Source: Bacteroidota bacterium (lineage in GTDB: Bacteria > Bacteroidota > Bacteroidia > Chitinophagales > Chitinophagaceae). Taken from it: a stretch of DNA of 64,000 nucleotides. Position 1 is the stretch's first letter, and every line of letters starts with the position of its first letter. Location of the stretch: positions 906 through 64,905 of the forward strand of contig PSRA01000238.1 of the NCBI GenBank assembly GCA_003175695.1, read 5' to 3'. Shown here one piece after another: positions 29,060-39,502 of the stretch. Position numbers and translations under genes: made by a program. The notes under the pieces are model-generated. The model was not told the DNA's origin. It saw only the letters and a program-made list of their open reading frames with translations, and searched no databases.

Positions 29060-29992
29060 TCATTTTCCATTTGTAGAATTTTTCCTTGATTTAGCTAACT
29101 CTTGTTGAAAAAAAAGAATTAATCTTTCTGCGTTTTCGTCATTCTCCACTCCTGGTCCATGGCCGCCCTTCGGTACAACGACGAGTTCTGTTTGTACGCC
29201 TTTGGCCGCCAATGCCTGATTTAGTAATACACTTTCACAGAGCGGAACCATGGGATCTGCATCACCGTGAATGATCAAAAATGAAGGATTCTTTTCATCA
29301 ACATAGGTTATGGGATTGGCTAAGGCACATAATTCTTTATTCTGTTGAACAGGCCCCCCAATTAAACTCGATTCAGGTGAATTAGCATCATTATGCGAAA
29401 CAGTACTGCCACAAGAATCCATCACAAGAAAATCTGTAGGACCAAACCAATCCACTACAGCATTGACCTGGCTACCACTAGCTAAGTATTGGCCAACGCG
29501 CCCTTCGACATCTATTGATTTATCACCAACCTGTTTGGCTTTCACGTAATCGCTGGTTCCTGCCAATGCGGAAAGATGTCCCCCTGAGGACCAACCCGTA
29601 ATTGCAATGAATGAACTATCGATCTTGTATTTTGCAGCATTTCCTCTCGCAAATCTTATGGCAGCCTTCACATCCTGGATCTGGGCTGGAAATTTCGCTT
29701 CTTTACTCGAGCGATGGTTAATGGCGATGACCATGAAACCATTCTGTATTAATTTCTTTGCCACCATATCCCTTGCTATTTCACCCTTACCATTGTTATT
29801 GAACCAGGCGCTTCCATATATCATCACTACCACCGGAAATTGATTGGCTTTCGTGGATGGGACAAATATATCCAGCGTATGACCTAAGAGCGTGTCTCCG
29901 GCATAATTCAAATTCGACCATTTTGGGACCAGCTGAGATTTTGCTCCTTGCAAGAAAAGAGTGGAGATCAGAATCAGGATATTCCTTCGCAT
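29060..29992 (-). CDS. Exported alpha/beta-hydrolase esterase
   Basis: GWSSGG nucleophile elbow, FPAQIQDVKAAIRF, HGDADPMVP, GGH; signal peptide. Confidence 0.88.
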   Translation of the reverse strand: MRRNILILISTLFLQGAKSQLVPKWSNLNYAGDTLLGHTLDIFVPSTKANQFPVVVMIYGSAWFNNNGKGEIARDMVAKKLIQNGFMVIAINHRSSKEAKFPAQIQDVKAAIRFARGNAAKYKIDSSFIAITGWSSGGHLSALAGTSDYVKAKQVGDKSIDVEGRVGQYLASGSQVNAVVDWFGPTDFLVMDSCGSTVSHNDANSPESSLIGGPVQQNKELCALANPITYVDEKNPSFLIIHGDADPMVPLCESVLLNQALAAKGVQTELVVVPKGGHGPGVENDENAERLILFFQQELAKSRKNSTNGK

Positions 29993-30070
29993 ATTACATA
30001 ACGTTAATAAACGGACGGGATAGTGCCTTCAGAGAAGTTTCTCCATGGCGCGCAACCAAACTAAGGTACA

Positions 30071-30733
30071 TTATTTCAATAACTGCTCGAGCATTTTATC
30101 TGCTGCAAGCTGATTGCCTCTCTCATTCAGGTGCACGCGGTCCATTGTCAAAACACCAGACTCTTTGTTTTCGGGATTGTTTTGCAAGCTGTATTGTTGA
30201 AAGATCTTCCTGAAATCAACCAGTTCGCAATGATATCGATATGACAGGTTTCTGATTACCCCGGCATATTTGTTTAGATCGCCATCCTGCTGATTTGTGC
30301 AATCTGTCTTTTCACCAATAGCTGCAGGTGTACAAAGAATAATCCGGGTACTCCTTGCCTTCAATTTTTGTATGATTGCAGTGTAGAATTTTTCAAATTT
30401 GTCGGCATCGGTGCCGGTGCCGGTTAGTGTTTTGTGCCAGACGTCGTTGACCCCGATCCATATAAAAACAATATCAGGATTTTTTGCGAGTACGTCATCA
30501 TCCATTCTCAAATAGAGGTCATACACCTTGTTACCACCAATACCAGCGCCTATCAAATCATATTTGCCACTCAAACCTTTTGCCTTGAGTGCATCAGAGA
30601 TCCTCATTATGTACCCGCCTGGCTTTGCTCCGGCCTCGGTAATTGAGTCGCCAAAAAAAATGACTCGGAGAGGTTTTTGTTTTGGCATGAAGGCTGTTAG
30701 GAAGAGCCATATAAAGTATAGAAAATATTTCAT
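30071..30733 (-). CDS. SGNH/GDSL hydrolase (possible mannan acetylesterase)
   Basis: FFGDSIT, GIGG, IGVNDVWH and DRVH blocks; ATG at 30733 precedes a signal-like stretch. Confidence 0.88.
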   Translation of the reverse strand: MKYFLYFIWLFLTAFMPKQKPLRVIFFGDSITEAGAKPGGYIMRISDALKAKGLSGKYDLIGAGIGGNKVYDLYLRMDDDVLAKNPDIVFIWIGVNDVWHKTLTGTGTDADKFEKFYTAIIQKLKARSTRIILCTPAAIGEKTDCTNQQDGDLNKYAGVIRNLSYRYHCELVDFRKIFQQYSLQNNPENKESGVLTMDRVHLNERGNQLAADKMLEQLLK

Positions 30734-30817
30734 AGTTCTGCTTTTACCCTTTGCAATGTGATAACCAGTTCGTTTAAATTTTGTTTGACCATTGGGGTTC
30801 AGCAAAAAGGACATACA

Positions 30818-32032
30818 TTAATCTTCTAAGCTATAGATTCTGTCAATCCTCTCAATCAACTCCATACATGCCCGGGCGTTATGATATGGACATTTCCAAA
30901 AGCCGACCTTATCAAAACCGCTCATAAGCGAATGATCTGCATGTACTCCCCAAAACCATTCACCATTTTCATGGTCCTTGATATACTTTTCGGTAAACTC
31001 CCAAGTCTTTATTGATTGTTGCAGGTATTTCAGGTTTCCAGTCACCTGGTATGCGTTAAAGAAACCGACCATGGCTTCAGCTTGTGGCCACCAATGTTTA
31101 TCGTCGGACATTTTTCCATTCTCAGATTCATAATTCAGGCCGCCATCGGCCTGCATTCCCTCCATCGCCGCCTCCGCAATTTTCACACTTCTTGAACGCA
31201 AGGCTACCATCCAGCCCGGGTGACGTACTATCTCCGCCACTTCCTGCAAAAGCCACGCAGCTTCAATTTCATGACCATAAGAGATCAACCGCGATTTTAC
31301 ATTCCAATTCTCATCAAAGAAAAGGTGCATATGGTTCGTGCTGTCATCAATAATATAATGAGCAAATACTTCGAGCAGATTTTCGATTTGCTTTTTTAAT
31401 CGCCTGTCTGGCCATACTCTGTAAAGATTCGCATATGCTTCTACGATATGCAGATGAGTGTTCATGGTTTTGGCCTCATTGGCATCTTTCTGGCTGAGAC
31501 GCAAATCTGAAATTGGGCTCCACTCGCGGGTAAATGCTTCTATGTATCCTTTTTGTTTTTTGTCGAAGGCATGCTCTTCAACCTGTTCGAATAAATCTTT
31601 TGCCAGGTCAAGCGCCGATTCATCAGCTGTCGCCCTGAAATATTCACTCAAACCATAAATGCAAAACGCAATGCCATAAGTCTGTTTGCGATCATCTAAT
31701 TTGTTGCCTTTGAAATCAACCGACCAGAATGCACCTCCAAATTCAGGATCGATAAAATGGTCGCAGACATAATGATAGGCCCTCTCTGCAATAGATATGT
31801 ATTTTCTGTCTTTGAGTTGATTGAAGGCTGCCGAGAAAGTCCACAGTATCCTGGCGTTTAATACAAGGCCTTTTTCTGTCTCAGGGTTCGGGTGATTACT
31901 GTTGTCAATGCTTCCATAAAAGCCGCCATTTTCACGATCGGGTGCAAATTGCATCCAAAAGGCAAGAATGCCATCCAATTCTTCTCTTAATTGTTTTCGA
32001 TATCGTCCTAAATAACTGTTCATTTGACACAT
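30818..32032 (-). CDS. AGE-family epimerase (cellobiose/mannobiose 2-epimerase)
   Basis: LNARILWTFSAA, KTMNTHLH, SYGHEIEAAWL, WWPQAE, WKCPYHNARAC. Confidence 0.92.
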   Translation of the reverse strand: MCQMNSYLGRYRKQLREELDGILAFWMQFAPDRENGGFYGSIDNSNHPNPETEKGLVLNARILWTFSAAFNQLKDRKYISIAERAYHYVCDHFIDPEFGGAFWSVDFKGNKLDDRKQTYGIAFCIYGLSEYFRATADESALDLAKDLFEQVEEHAFDKKQKGYIEAFTREWSPISDLRLSQKDANEAKTMNTHLHIVEAYANLYRVWPDRRLKKQIENLLEVFAHYIIDDSTNHMHLFFDENWNVKSRLISYGHEIEAAWLLQEVAEIVRHPGWMVALRSRSVKIAEAAMEGMQADGGLNYESENGKMSDDKHWWPQAEAMVGFFNAYQVTGNLKYLQQSIKTWEFTEKYIKDHENGEWFWGVHADHSLMSGFDKVGFWKCPYHNARACMELIERIDRIYSLED

Positions 32033-32033
32033 A

Positions 32034-33242
32034 TTACCGGGAGCGAAATTCTTTTCTCTTCCCGTCTGCAAAAAATTTTTTGTTTTTGTCAATCACTCTC
32101 CTGACTCTGTCCACAGAACAGCCTGACTTCATACCATCGGCTCCTGTATTCATAACATAGTCCAGCAGCTGATCGATCGTAGTTGTTGCCACGTGCAACC
32201 GGGTGTCAGCTGAAGCGTAATAAATAAATACCTTTCCATCCTTGTCAGCGATCCAACCATTGGAAAAAACAACGTTCGAAACATCGCCTACTCTCTCATC
32301 TTGCTGGGGCGCTAGAAAATAACCAGCAGGTTTGTGGGTTATCTTAGTAATGTCCTTCAGGTCGGTCATGAATAAATAAATTACGTAACGCAATCCAGCT
32401 GCCGTGTTGCGCACGCCATGAGCCTGATGAAGCCAACCCTGCCCCGTTTTAATAGGTGGCGCGCCCAAGCCGTTTTTTAATTCATATACCGTGTGATATA
32501 CTTTGAAATCAATTATTTTTTCATCATCGATACTTGCCCTGGTGATGGATTTTGCGAGTCCAAAACCAATTCCTCCACCACTTCCTGCGTCTATAAAGCC
32601 ATCTTGCGGTCGGGTATAAAAGGCGTATTGCCCCTCAACAAATTCCGGATGCAGGACAACATTTCTTTGTTGGGGCGAACGAGTTTCAAGATCTGGCAGC
32701 CTTTCCCAATTTTTCAAATCCTTGGTTCTGGCAATAGCGCATTTTGCAATAGCGGCGGATTGATCGTAAGCCGGTGCAGACGGATCTCTTCTTTCTGTAC
32801 AAAACAAACCATACACCCAACCATCTTCATGCTTGGTTAGCCGAATATCATATACGTTAATATCTGGCTCATCTGTCTCAGGCATCGTGACGGGATAATC
32901 CCAAAATCGAAACTGATCAATCCCGTTAGGGCTTTCGGCAATCGCAAAAAAAGATTTCCTGTCATTGCCCTCCACCCTGGCCATCACGACGTATTTATTT
33001 TTCCATTTGATCGCTCCTGCATTAAAAACCGCGTTGATCCCAAACCGCTCCATCAGGTAAGGATTGGATTCACAATTTAGATCGTATCGCCAATCGAGGG
33101 GTACATGGTCAGCGGTCAGGATGGGAAATTTATGCCGGTCAAAAATCCCATTTCCATTCTTTTGAATTTCGTTTGGCCTTTCTATTAGTTCTTCCCAATT
33201 TTTCTGGAGCCGCTTTAATCTTTTTTTGAATAATTGATTCAT
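32034..33242 (-). CDS. 4-O-beta-D-mannosyl-D-glucose phosphorylase (GH130)
   Basis: [57 protein letters not shown]. Confidence 0.93.
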   Translation of the reverse strand: MNQLFKKRLKRLQKNWEELIERPNEIQKNGNGIFDRHKFPILTADHVPLDWRYDLNCESNPYLMERFGINAVFNAGAIKWKNKYVVMARVEGNDRKSFFAIAESPNGIDQFRFWDYPVTMPETDEPDINVYDIRLTKHEDGWVYGLFCTERRDPSAPAYDQSAAIAKCAIARTKDLKNWERLPDLETRSPQQRNVVLHPEFVEGQYAFYTRPQDGFIDAGSGGGIGFGLAKSITRASIDDEKIIDFKVYHTVYELKNGLGAPPIKTGQGWLHQAHGVRNTAAGLRYVIYLFMTDLKDITKITHKPAGYFLAPQQDERVGDVSNVVFSNGWIADKDGKVFIYYASADTRLHVATTTIDQLLDYVMNTGADGMKSGCSVDRVRRVIDKNKKFFADGKRKEFRSR

Positions 33243-33281
33243 TTTAGGTGTTTATATATTTTCTTCAGTCGTTAAGGTTAA

Positions 33282-35129
33282 TTAGTAATCGTTCAATTTG
33301 TTCCACCAGGTTTTTTTGAGAATCAGGATGATGGCCAACAGCAGAATAACCGTGATCAACAAGGGCAATTTCAACCACAGCACGATGTACATCGGCAGAA
33401 TGGTCAGGCATAGCTGGCCGATCATACCCAGGACGATATTGAATGTATTGATGCCAAAATTTTTATTGCTTTCAAATTGCGGATCTTCTGCCTTTATCAT
33501 TGCATCAATGGGTTTCCAGAATCCCCAGGGACGAACTGTTTTATAAAATGATTTTAGGGTGGCCATTTCCGTGGGCGGAGCCGCATAAGACCCCATGATG
33601 GATCCGGCAAGGGACAAAAGAAATATCCAGGGCCAGTAATATAGATCCAGTCCCGTTAGCACTTCTTTTACCTTTAGTATCGGCAATGCCAAGGCAGGAA
33701 TCATACCCGACAGCATTCCCCAAAAGAAACCATTTGCATTGAAACGCCACCAGTGCCATTTAAGCAGGTTGGATGCAATATAGCCGCCGTATAAACCTGA
33801 TACTATCCATTGCAATACAGTATTGACATCCCTGACAAAAAGTCCCAGGATAACACCAATTGTAACCACCACCAATCCGGCGAGGTAGTTCATGTAAATT
33901 ATTCTTTTTGTATTTGCTTTCGGATTGATGTACTTCAAATAGACGTCATTGACAAGATATGCTTGGGCAGCGTTGAGGGTGCCTGAAAAAGTGCCCATGA
34001 AAGCGCCTAAGAGACCCGTCAGCACGAGGCCCATTAATCCATTTGGCAGGAAAGAATTGATCGCCGCAGGAAGAATTTTCTCAAAGTCAGTCCCATTCGG
34101 CGCTTGCAGATCACCGTGAATCTGGTCGAAATACAGCAATGCAAAAACCGTTAGACCGATGATCATGGAATATCGAACAGGCAGTAGAATGATGGAAACA
34201 AACCCACTCATTTTGCTGGCTTCTTCGGCTGATCTCGTGCTGAGAATCTTTTGCATGTCGTAATTAGGCGCAGGGCCAGCTACGCTGGCAAAAATCCCCT
34301 TGAACAACATCATCATAAAAAAGATCCCGAAGAGGGAAAACCCATCGGCTGCAATCTTCTTATTCGCATCAGGTATGATTTCTCCCCAGTCCAGGTTGAG
34401 TTTCCAGCCAAAGAAAGGATTGGTCCATCCATCCGGGATGTGCAATGAATGTCCGTGCAGGCGAATCGTGGCGAGTACCCCAATGCTGATGCAGGCAACA
34501 GACATGATGATGTATTTCACCACATCTCCCCATACAATGCTATGCATTCCGCCGAGGATAGAATAGAAGACAGCAAAGAGAGTAAAGGTGATCCCATATA
34601 AATGCGGAACATATTGTGGTCTCACAGTGAAAGGTACATACTGTTTCACATCATCCCATGGTATGAATATCTGCATGAATTTTCCTAAACCTACAAATCC
34701 GTAAGCCATGAATCCAAGGCAGCTCAGCAGTGCAAAGGCAACTACAATATTGTGGGAGGCTTTTACTCCGGCACCTGAAACGCCAAAGCGGGTGGCCAGC
34801 CATTCTGCACCCGTGGTGGCATTGGATCTTCTTAACCATCGCGAGAGATACATCATCAGGAATACCTGGTTGAAAACTGGCCACAACCATGGAATCCATA
34901 TACTTTTCATACCATATATAAAACACAAACTCACCATCCACATGGTACCAGAAATATCAAACATATCAGAAGCATCGCTGAGACCCAGCATATACCAGGG
35001 CAATGATTTACCACCCAGGAGATAACTCTCCTTGTTCCGGCTTGCCTTTTTCCTCAGAACCCAACCAATCACGACCATGGTTGCCAAATAAGCTCCGATC
35101 ATGGCAAAATCAATCGCCTGTAACTTCAT
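33282..35129 (-). CDS. Sodium:solute symporter (putative mannobiose importer)
   Basis: About 14 TM segments; YLLGGKSLPW, MFDISGTMW, PNYDMQKIL; lies between the GH26 and GH130 genes. Confidence 0.9.
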   Translation of the reverse strand: MKLQAIDFAMIGAYLATMVVIGWVLRKKASRNKESYLLGGKSLPWYMLGLSDASDMFDISGTMWMVSLCFIYGMKSIWIPWLWPVFNQVFLMMYLSRWLRRSNATTGAEWLATRFGVSGAGVKASHNIVVAFALLSCLGFMAYGFVGLGKFMQIFIPWDDVKQYVPFTVRPQYVPHLYGITFTLFAVFYSILGGMHSIVWGDVVKYIIMSVACISIGVLATIRLHGHSLHIPDGWTNPFFGWKLNLDWGEIIPDANKKIAADGFSLFGIFFMMMLFKGIFASVAGPAPNYDMQKILSTRSAEEASKMSGFVSIILLPVRYSMIIGLTVFALLYFDQIHGDLQAPNGTDFEKILPAAINSFLPNGLMGLVLTGLLGAFMGTFSGTLNAAQAYLVNDVYLKYINPKANTKRIIYMNYLAGLVVVTIGVILGLFVRDVNTVLQWIVSGLYGGYIASNLLKWHWWRFNANGFFWGMLSGMIPALALPILKVKEVLTGLDLYYWPWIFLLSLAGSIMGSYAAPPTEMATLKSFYKTVRPWGFWKPIDAMIKAEDPQFESNKNFGINTFNIVLGMIGQLCLTILPMYIVLWLKLPLLITVILLLAIILILKKTWWNKLNDY

Positions 35130-35195
35130 GTATTACGTAAATGCTATTTATTCCTGAATAATTTTTAAAGACTCCATCCATTTGACACTCTTAAA

Positions 35196-36320
35196 TCAAT
35201 GATATACTTCTTCTTTGTTAATATCTTTTTGAAATATTGTTCTGGGTGATCGATAGAAATCAACAAAATTTACGGCTGAAGCCTGCTTAGGATAGGGCAC
35301 ATAAAATTCATATTGCTTTTCATTCCTGTACCCGGCATTTCTCCAGGCGAGCGCATAAGCAATGGCGTGCTTTTCCAACACGTTGAGGAGAACATTCGTC
35401 CACCAGGTGCTGTCAGGCAAACCATTGTAGCCAAATTCTGTCAGCGCAGGAATCTTATTTTTTTCTCTTGCAATCGACTCAAGAATTGTAAGCGTTGTAT
35501 CAAGCTCATGCATGAAAGCCTTATTCTCCTTTATATTATATCCCTGGTAAATATCGAATCCGGTAATATCAACCCATTCGTCGCCCGGATATCTCTCCAG
35601 GTAAGCCTGAATAGATTTAAATCGGTCTGTATTGTAGGCGTATAAAAGGTTATGAACCTTTTTTTGGTCCCTTAGATATGTCTCCGTGAAACGATAGAGT
35701 TCTTTAATTTCTTCAGGGGTACAATTTTTCCCCCCCCACCAAAACCAATCACCGTTCAATTCGTGAAAGGGCCTGAAGATGACTGGAATATATTCTCCAT
35801 GCGATCCTTTTAAACTAAGAAAGAAAGAAGCAATTTTATCGAGCCAGGACGTATAAAGCGTATGTTTGTCTCCGCCAGGAAGGATAGATTGCACCGTACC
35901 GGGGGCTGGCTGCCAGGCTGTATTTCCGGTAAGTGGATTATTAAGATGCCAGCTGATTGTTATGATCCCTCCCCGTTCATATGCATCGCGGATGAACGTT
36001 CTCATCTTGTCAAAAGGAACTGAATCGAGATTGACGGGCTGATCTACTTCAATTCTACCCAATTCAAAACCATACAGTGCGGGATAGTCGCCAGTTACAT
36101 CTTTAATGTCGCTTCGTTCCGGTACATATTTCCAACCAACACCATAAGCCAGATCATCCTGGTGTCCAAATAAAAATCCCTTCGATGGTAATTTTTTCAG
36201 AAATTGAAACAGGTTTACAGTTTCAGCCGTCGCCTGCCTGTCAACGGGATTCTGCGCATGAATTGTAATCGCTATCGCCAGCTCGGCAATGAGGAATAAA
36301 AAAAGTTTTGGCGCTACCAT
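35196..36320 (-). CDS. GH26 beta-mannanase (possibly mannobiose-producing)
   Basis: FGHQDDLAYG, IFRPFHELNGDWFWWG (acid/base), ALTEFG (nucleophile); signal peptide. Confidence 0.94.
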   Translation of the reverse strand: MVAPKLFLFLIAELAIAITIHAQNPVDRQATAETVNLFQFLKKLPSKGFLFGHQDDLAYGVGWKYVPERSDIKDVTGDYPALYGFELGRIEVDQPVNLDSVPFDKMRTFIRDAYERGGIITISWHLNNPLTGNTAWQPAPGTVQSILPGGDKHTLYTSWLDKIASFFLSLKGSHGEYIPVIFRPFHELNGDWFWWGGKNCTPEEIKELYRFTETYLRDQKKVHNLLYAYNTDRFKSIQAYLERYPGDEWVDITGFDIYQGYNIKENKAFMHELDTTLTILESIAREKNKIPALTEFGYNGLPDSTWWTNVLLNVLEKHAIAYALAWRNAGYRNEKQYEFYVPYPKQASAVNFVDFYRSPRTIFQKDINKEEVYH

Positions 36321-36389
36321 GAAAGAAGAATGCGATTAATGGAAATGAATTAGCTATACTTGCTGAAAACGCATCATATCAACACCAAT

Positions 36390-36397
36390 CAAATATA
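36390..36397 (-). promoter_or_regulatory. -7 promoter element for the mannan operon
   Basis: Reverse complement of CAAATATA is TATATTTG, about 70 nt upstream of the GH26 start. Confidence 0.55.
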
Positions 36398-36611
36398 AGT
36401 TGAGGAGCTTTTAAGGTATAATACTTTTTTGCCAGTTACTTGCTCTAATTTAACTCGAAATCACTCATCTTTGGGGCGATTTTGAATAAAGCACTTGAAC
36501 CATAATAGCTTTGTATAAATACTTTTCTTTCCAATTAATAATATTTTTTTATCTTTTCGTTTTCAATGCAGCACTTTCATTAAGCTGTATGTCTTATAAT
36601 TCGCTACCATT

Positions 36612-37490
36612 ATGAATAAGGATATCATGCGGGAAATCACACCGCTTACCCAAAATGATTGCTTTACGATTTTCTCCCGAGTGAAGAAGGAGTTCACTTT
36701 TCCACTGCATTATCACGATGAATTTGAGTTGAACTTAATCTGCAATGGAGCCGGAGCAAAGAGAATTATCGGGGATCATATTGAAGTAATAGATGATCTC
36801 GAGTTAGTGTTAGTAGGCCCCAATCTTTATCATTCCTGGTTTACCTATCAATGTAAAAATGAAGAAATCAAAGAAGTTACCATTCAATGGCATAAAGACC
36901 TTTTTGATGACAAGTTTCTTTGCAGGAATCAATTAAATTATATCCGATGCATGTTTGACCGTTCTTCGCGTGGAATTGCCTTTTCAGGAGAAACGATCCG
37001 TTCCCTGGCTCCGCGCATCCTGTCGCTGAATGAAAAAAGCGGGTTTGATTCTGTGCTCGAGTTGATGTCCATCCTGCATGATCTTTCCACATCAAGGAAT
37101 ATGCGAACATTGTCGAATGCCACATTCGCGAATGAGCATTTCAGTTATAACAGCAGGCGGATCGAAAAGGCATTCCAGTACATGCATAACAATTATGACA
37201 GGACGATTACGCTAAGCGAAGTAGCCAAATTGGTCAGCATGACTGATGTTTCTTTCAGCAGGTTTATCAAGAAAAGAACGGGCAATACGTTTATAGACAC
37301 GTTGAATGAAATCAGGCTGGGCCATGCATCAAAAAAGCTGATTGATACTACTCACTCCATCGCAGAGATTTCCTATAACTGCGGCTTCAATAACATCTCC
37401 AATTTCAACAGGATCTTTAAGAAGAAGAAAGGATGCACGCCAAAAGAGTTTAGAGAAAGCTTTACTTCGGGCACAAAGGTTTTTATTTAA
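36612..37490 (+). CDS. AraC family transcriptional regulator with cupin sensor domain
   Basis: PLHYHDEFEL cupin motif; C-terminal SIAEISYNCGFNNISNFNRIFKK..GCTP; divergent from the mannan operon. Confidence 0.94.
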   Translation: MNKDIMREITPLTQNDCFTIFSRVKKEFTFPLHYHDEFELNLICNGAGAKRIIGDHIEVIDDLELVLVGPNLYHSWFTYQCKNEEIKEVTIQWHKDLFDDKFLCRNQLNYIRCMFDRSSRGIAFSGETIRSLAPRILSLNEKSGFDSVLELMSILHDLSTSRNMRTLSNATFANEHFSYNSRRIEKAFQYMHNNYDRTITLSEVAKLVSMTDVSFSRFIKKRTGNTFIDTLNEIRLGHASKKLIDTTHSIAEISYNCGFNNISNFNRIFKKKKGCTPKEFRESFTSGTKVFI

Positions 37491-37498
37491 TCATTTTT

Positions 37499-37636
37499 TT
37501 TAGCGCAAAGACGCCCGCCGGAACAACGGGGCCGGTCAAAGGCGCGCAAAGTTAGCAGCGTGCTTTCCTAGCGTCTTTGCTAACTTTGCCTGCCCGTCCC
37601 GGACGGTACGCTAGGACGGGCATTTTTGCGTGAAAA
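37499..37636. repeat. REP-like palindromic repeat (CGCAAAG family), copy E, with two GC-rich inserts
   Basis: GCGCAAAGACG[..]CAAAGGCGCGCAAAGTTAGCAGCGTG...GCTAACTTTGC[CTGCCCGTCCCGGACGGTACGCTAGGACGGGCA]TTTTTGCGTGAAA. Confidence 0.85.
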
Positions 37637-37645
37637 TCTAAAGCG

Positions 37646-38635
37646 TTGGAAAAATCAAATTTTGTAGACCAGATAAGGATTTATTGCCGCAGCGGTCATG
37701 GTGGTGCCGGCAGCAAACATTTTATGCGGACAAAGTTTAACGCATTGGCTGGACCAGATGGGGGTGATGGCGGCAGGGGCGGACATATTATCTTACGGGG
37801 AAACAAGAATCTATGGACACTGCTCCATCTGCGTTACTATAAAAATGTGTTGGCGGAGAATGGTGAATCCGGTAGTGGGAATAATTGCACGGGCAGATTC
37901 GGAAAAGATATTGTGATCGAAGTGCCCCTCGGCACGATCGCCCGGGACGAAGAAACAAATAAAAAAGAAGCCGAGATACTGGAAGACGGCCAGGAAATCA
38001 TCTGGATCAAAGGAGGACGCGGCGGATTGGGCAATGCCAATTTTGCCACCCCAACCAACCAGGCTCCCGAGCATGCACAACCGGGAGAACCTGGAAGTGA
38101 AGGATGGAAAGTCCTGGAATTAAAAATGCTGGCAGATGTCGGGCTGGTCGGATTTCCCAACGCAGGGAAATCCACCCTCCTTTCTGTGATGACTGCCGCA
38201 AAACCAAAGATCGCCGATTATGCATTCACTACTTTGGTACCGCAATTGGGAATGGTAGAATACCGGGACGGCAAAAGCTTTTGCATGGCCGACCTCCCCG
38301 GAATTATTGAAGGCGCGGCAGAAGGAAAAGGCCTCGGTCACCGATTTCTCCGACATATTGAAAGAAATGCCGTGTTATTATTTTTGATTCCTGCGGATAG
38401 CCCGGATCATAAAAAAGAATTTGAAATCTTAGTAGACGAGCTGGAACAATTCAATCCTGAGTTATTGCATAAACAATTTCTTATTGCAATAAGTAAAAGC
38501 GATTTATTGGATGAAGAACTGAAAGCGGCAATTGCTAAAGAACTGCCAGAAAATATTCAGCAGATTTTTATTTCTTCGGCGACGCATAAGGGTATCAGTG
38601 AGTTAAAGGATCTGCTTTGGAAGGTCCTTAATTAA
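37646..38635 (+). CDS. obgE: GTPase ObgE/CgtA (TTG start)
   Basis: [46 protein letters not shown]. Confidence 0.97.
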   Translation: MEKSNFVDQIRIYCRSGHGGAGSKHFMRTKFNALAGPDGGDGGRGGHIILRGNKNLWTLLHLRYYKNVLAENGESGSGNNCTGRFGKDIVIEVPLGTIARDEETNKKEAEILEDGQEIIWIKGGRGGLGNANFATPTNQAPEHAQPGEPGSEGWKVLELKMLADVGLVGFPNAGKSTLLSVMTAAKPKIADYAFTTLVPQLGMVEYRDGKSFCMADLPGIIEGAAEGKGLGHRFLRHIERNAVLLFLIPADSPDHKKEFEILVDELEQFNPELLHKQFLIAISKSDLLDEELKAAIAKELPENIQQIFISSATHKGISELKDLLWKVLN

Positions 38636-38840
38636 TCGTTTCATCCGAAACAGCACTTATATTAATTTAAGGTTAAGGAACCAGTAGGACAAAATAATAT
38701 TTGTAAATTTGCGTCATACAAAGGAAGATATCTTCTTCGCAAAATTCCCCCAAAAAAACGATTGTTTTGAACCGCTTTTCGATTGCGCCATCAGGTTGCG
38801 CGATATAAGAATTTTATATAGTCACTAAAAAACCACTTAT

Positions 38841-39238
38841 ATGAAAAAGCGTTTAATGTCCGCAATGAGCAAGCTTATCCTTAGTGTATTATTATTAACC
38901 GGCATCTCGTCCATTCATGCGTATGCAAGGCACCTTGATCCAATCGTCAAAGCTGCAGAAGTAAAATATCTGGGAGTTTCTGGCGATGCAGTTGTCTTCA
39001 ATGTTTCTGTGAAAATCCAACAGGAATTAAATTTGCCGTGATAGTTTTGGCCGAAGACGGTTCAGAATTATTTCATGAAGTATACTCAGACAAAAAGTTT
39101 GAAAAGAGATTCAGAATTCCTAAAGATGATCAACACAAATTAACATTTGTAGTGAAGAATTATAAAAGCATGGATCTCAAACAGGTTTTCCAGATAAATA
39201 CCAGTTATGTTGAAAATATAGAGGTGACCAGGTTATAA
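38841..39238 (+). pseudogene. Small secreted beta-rich protein split by a single frameshift (pseudogene or sequencing error)
   Basis: Signal-peptide ORF 38841-39041 and ORF 39038-39238 join as FNVS-x-ENPTGIKFAVIVLAEDG if one base is restored near 39010. Confidence 0.7.
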
Positions 39239-39288
39239 TTCACGATGGAAGCTTACTTTCTCATTGCATAAAAACAAAGTAATCAGGA

Positions 39289-39322
39289 GGCTGTCTCAAA
39301 TGCTGAGGCAGCCCTTTGTGTT
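39289..39322 (+). terminator. Intrinsic terminator
   Basis: GGCTGTCTCA-AATGC-TGAGGCAGCC stem followed by CTTTGTGTT. Confidence 0.65.
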
Positions 39323-39502
39323 AAAGAGAATAGGAATTATAAAATCATTGCGACACGACAAGCACCGTTGCTTAGAATTTGATCGTCAATTTTAACCTTT
39401 CCCGCCCGAATCTTACCGGCTTTGCATCAATTCTCGCGAATAACCTATTGTTTCAATGCAAACAGAGTAAATTCGCATAGGCGATAACTCTATTTAAGAT
39501 TT

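Noticed and set aside
32033-32092. Extended N-terminus of the epimerase overlapping GH130
   Set aside because: In-frame ATGs at 32032 and 32023, right after the GH130 stop, give a normal coupled start.
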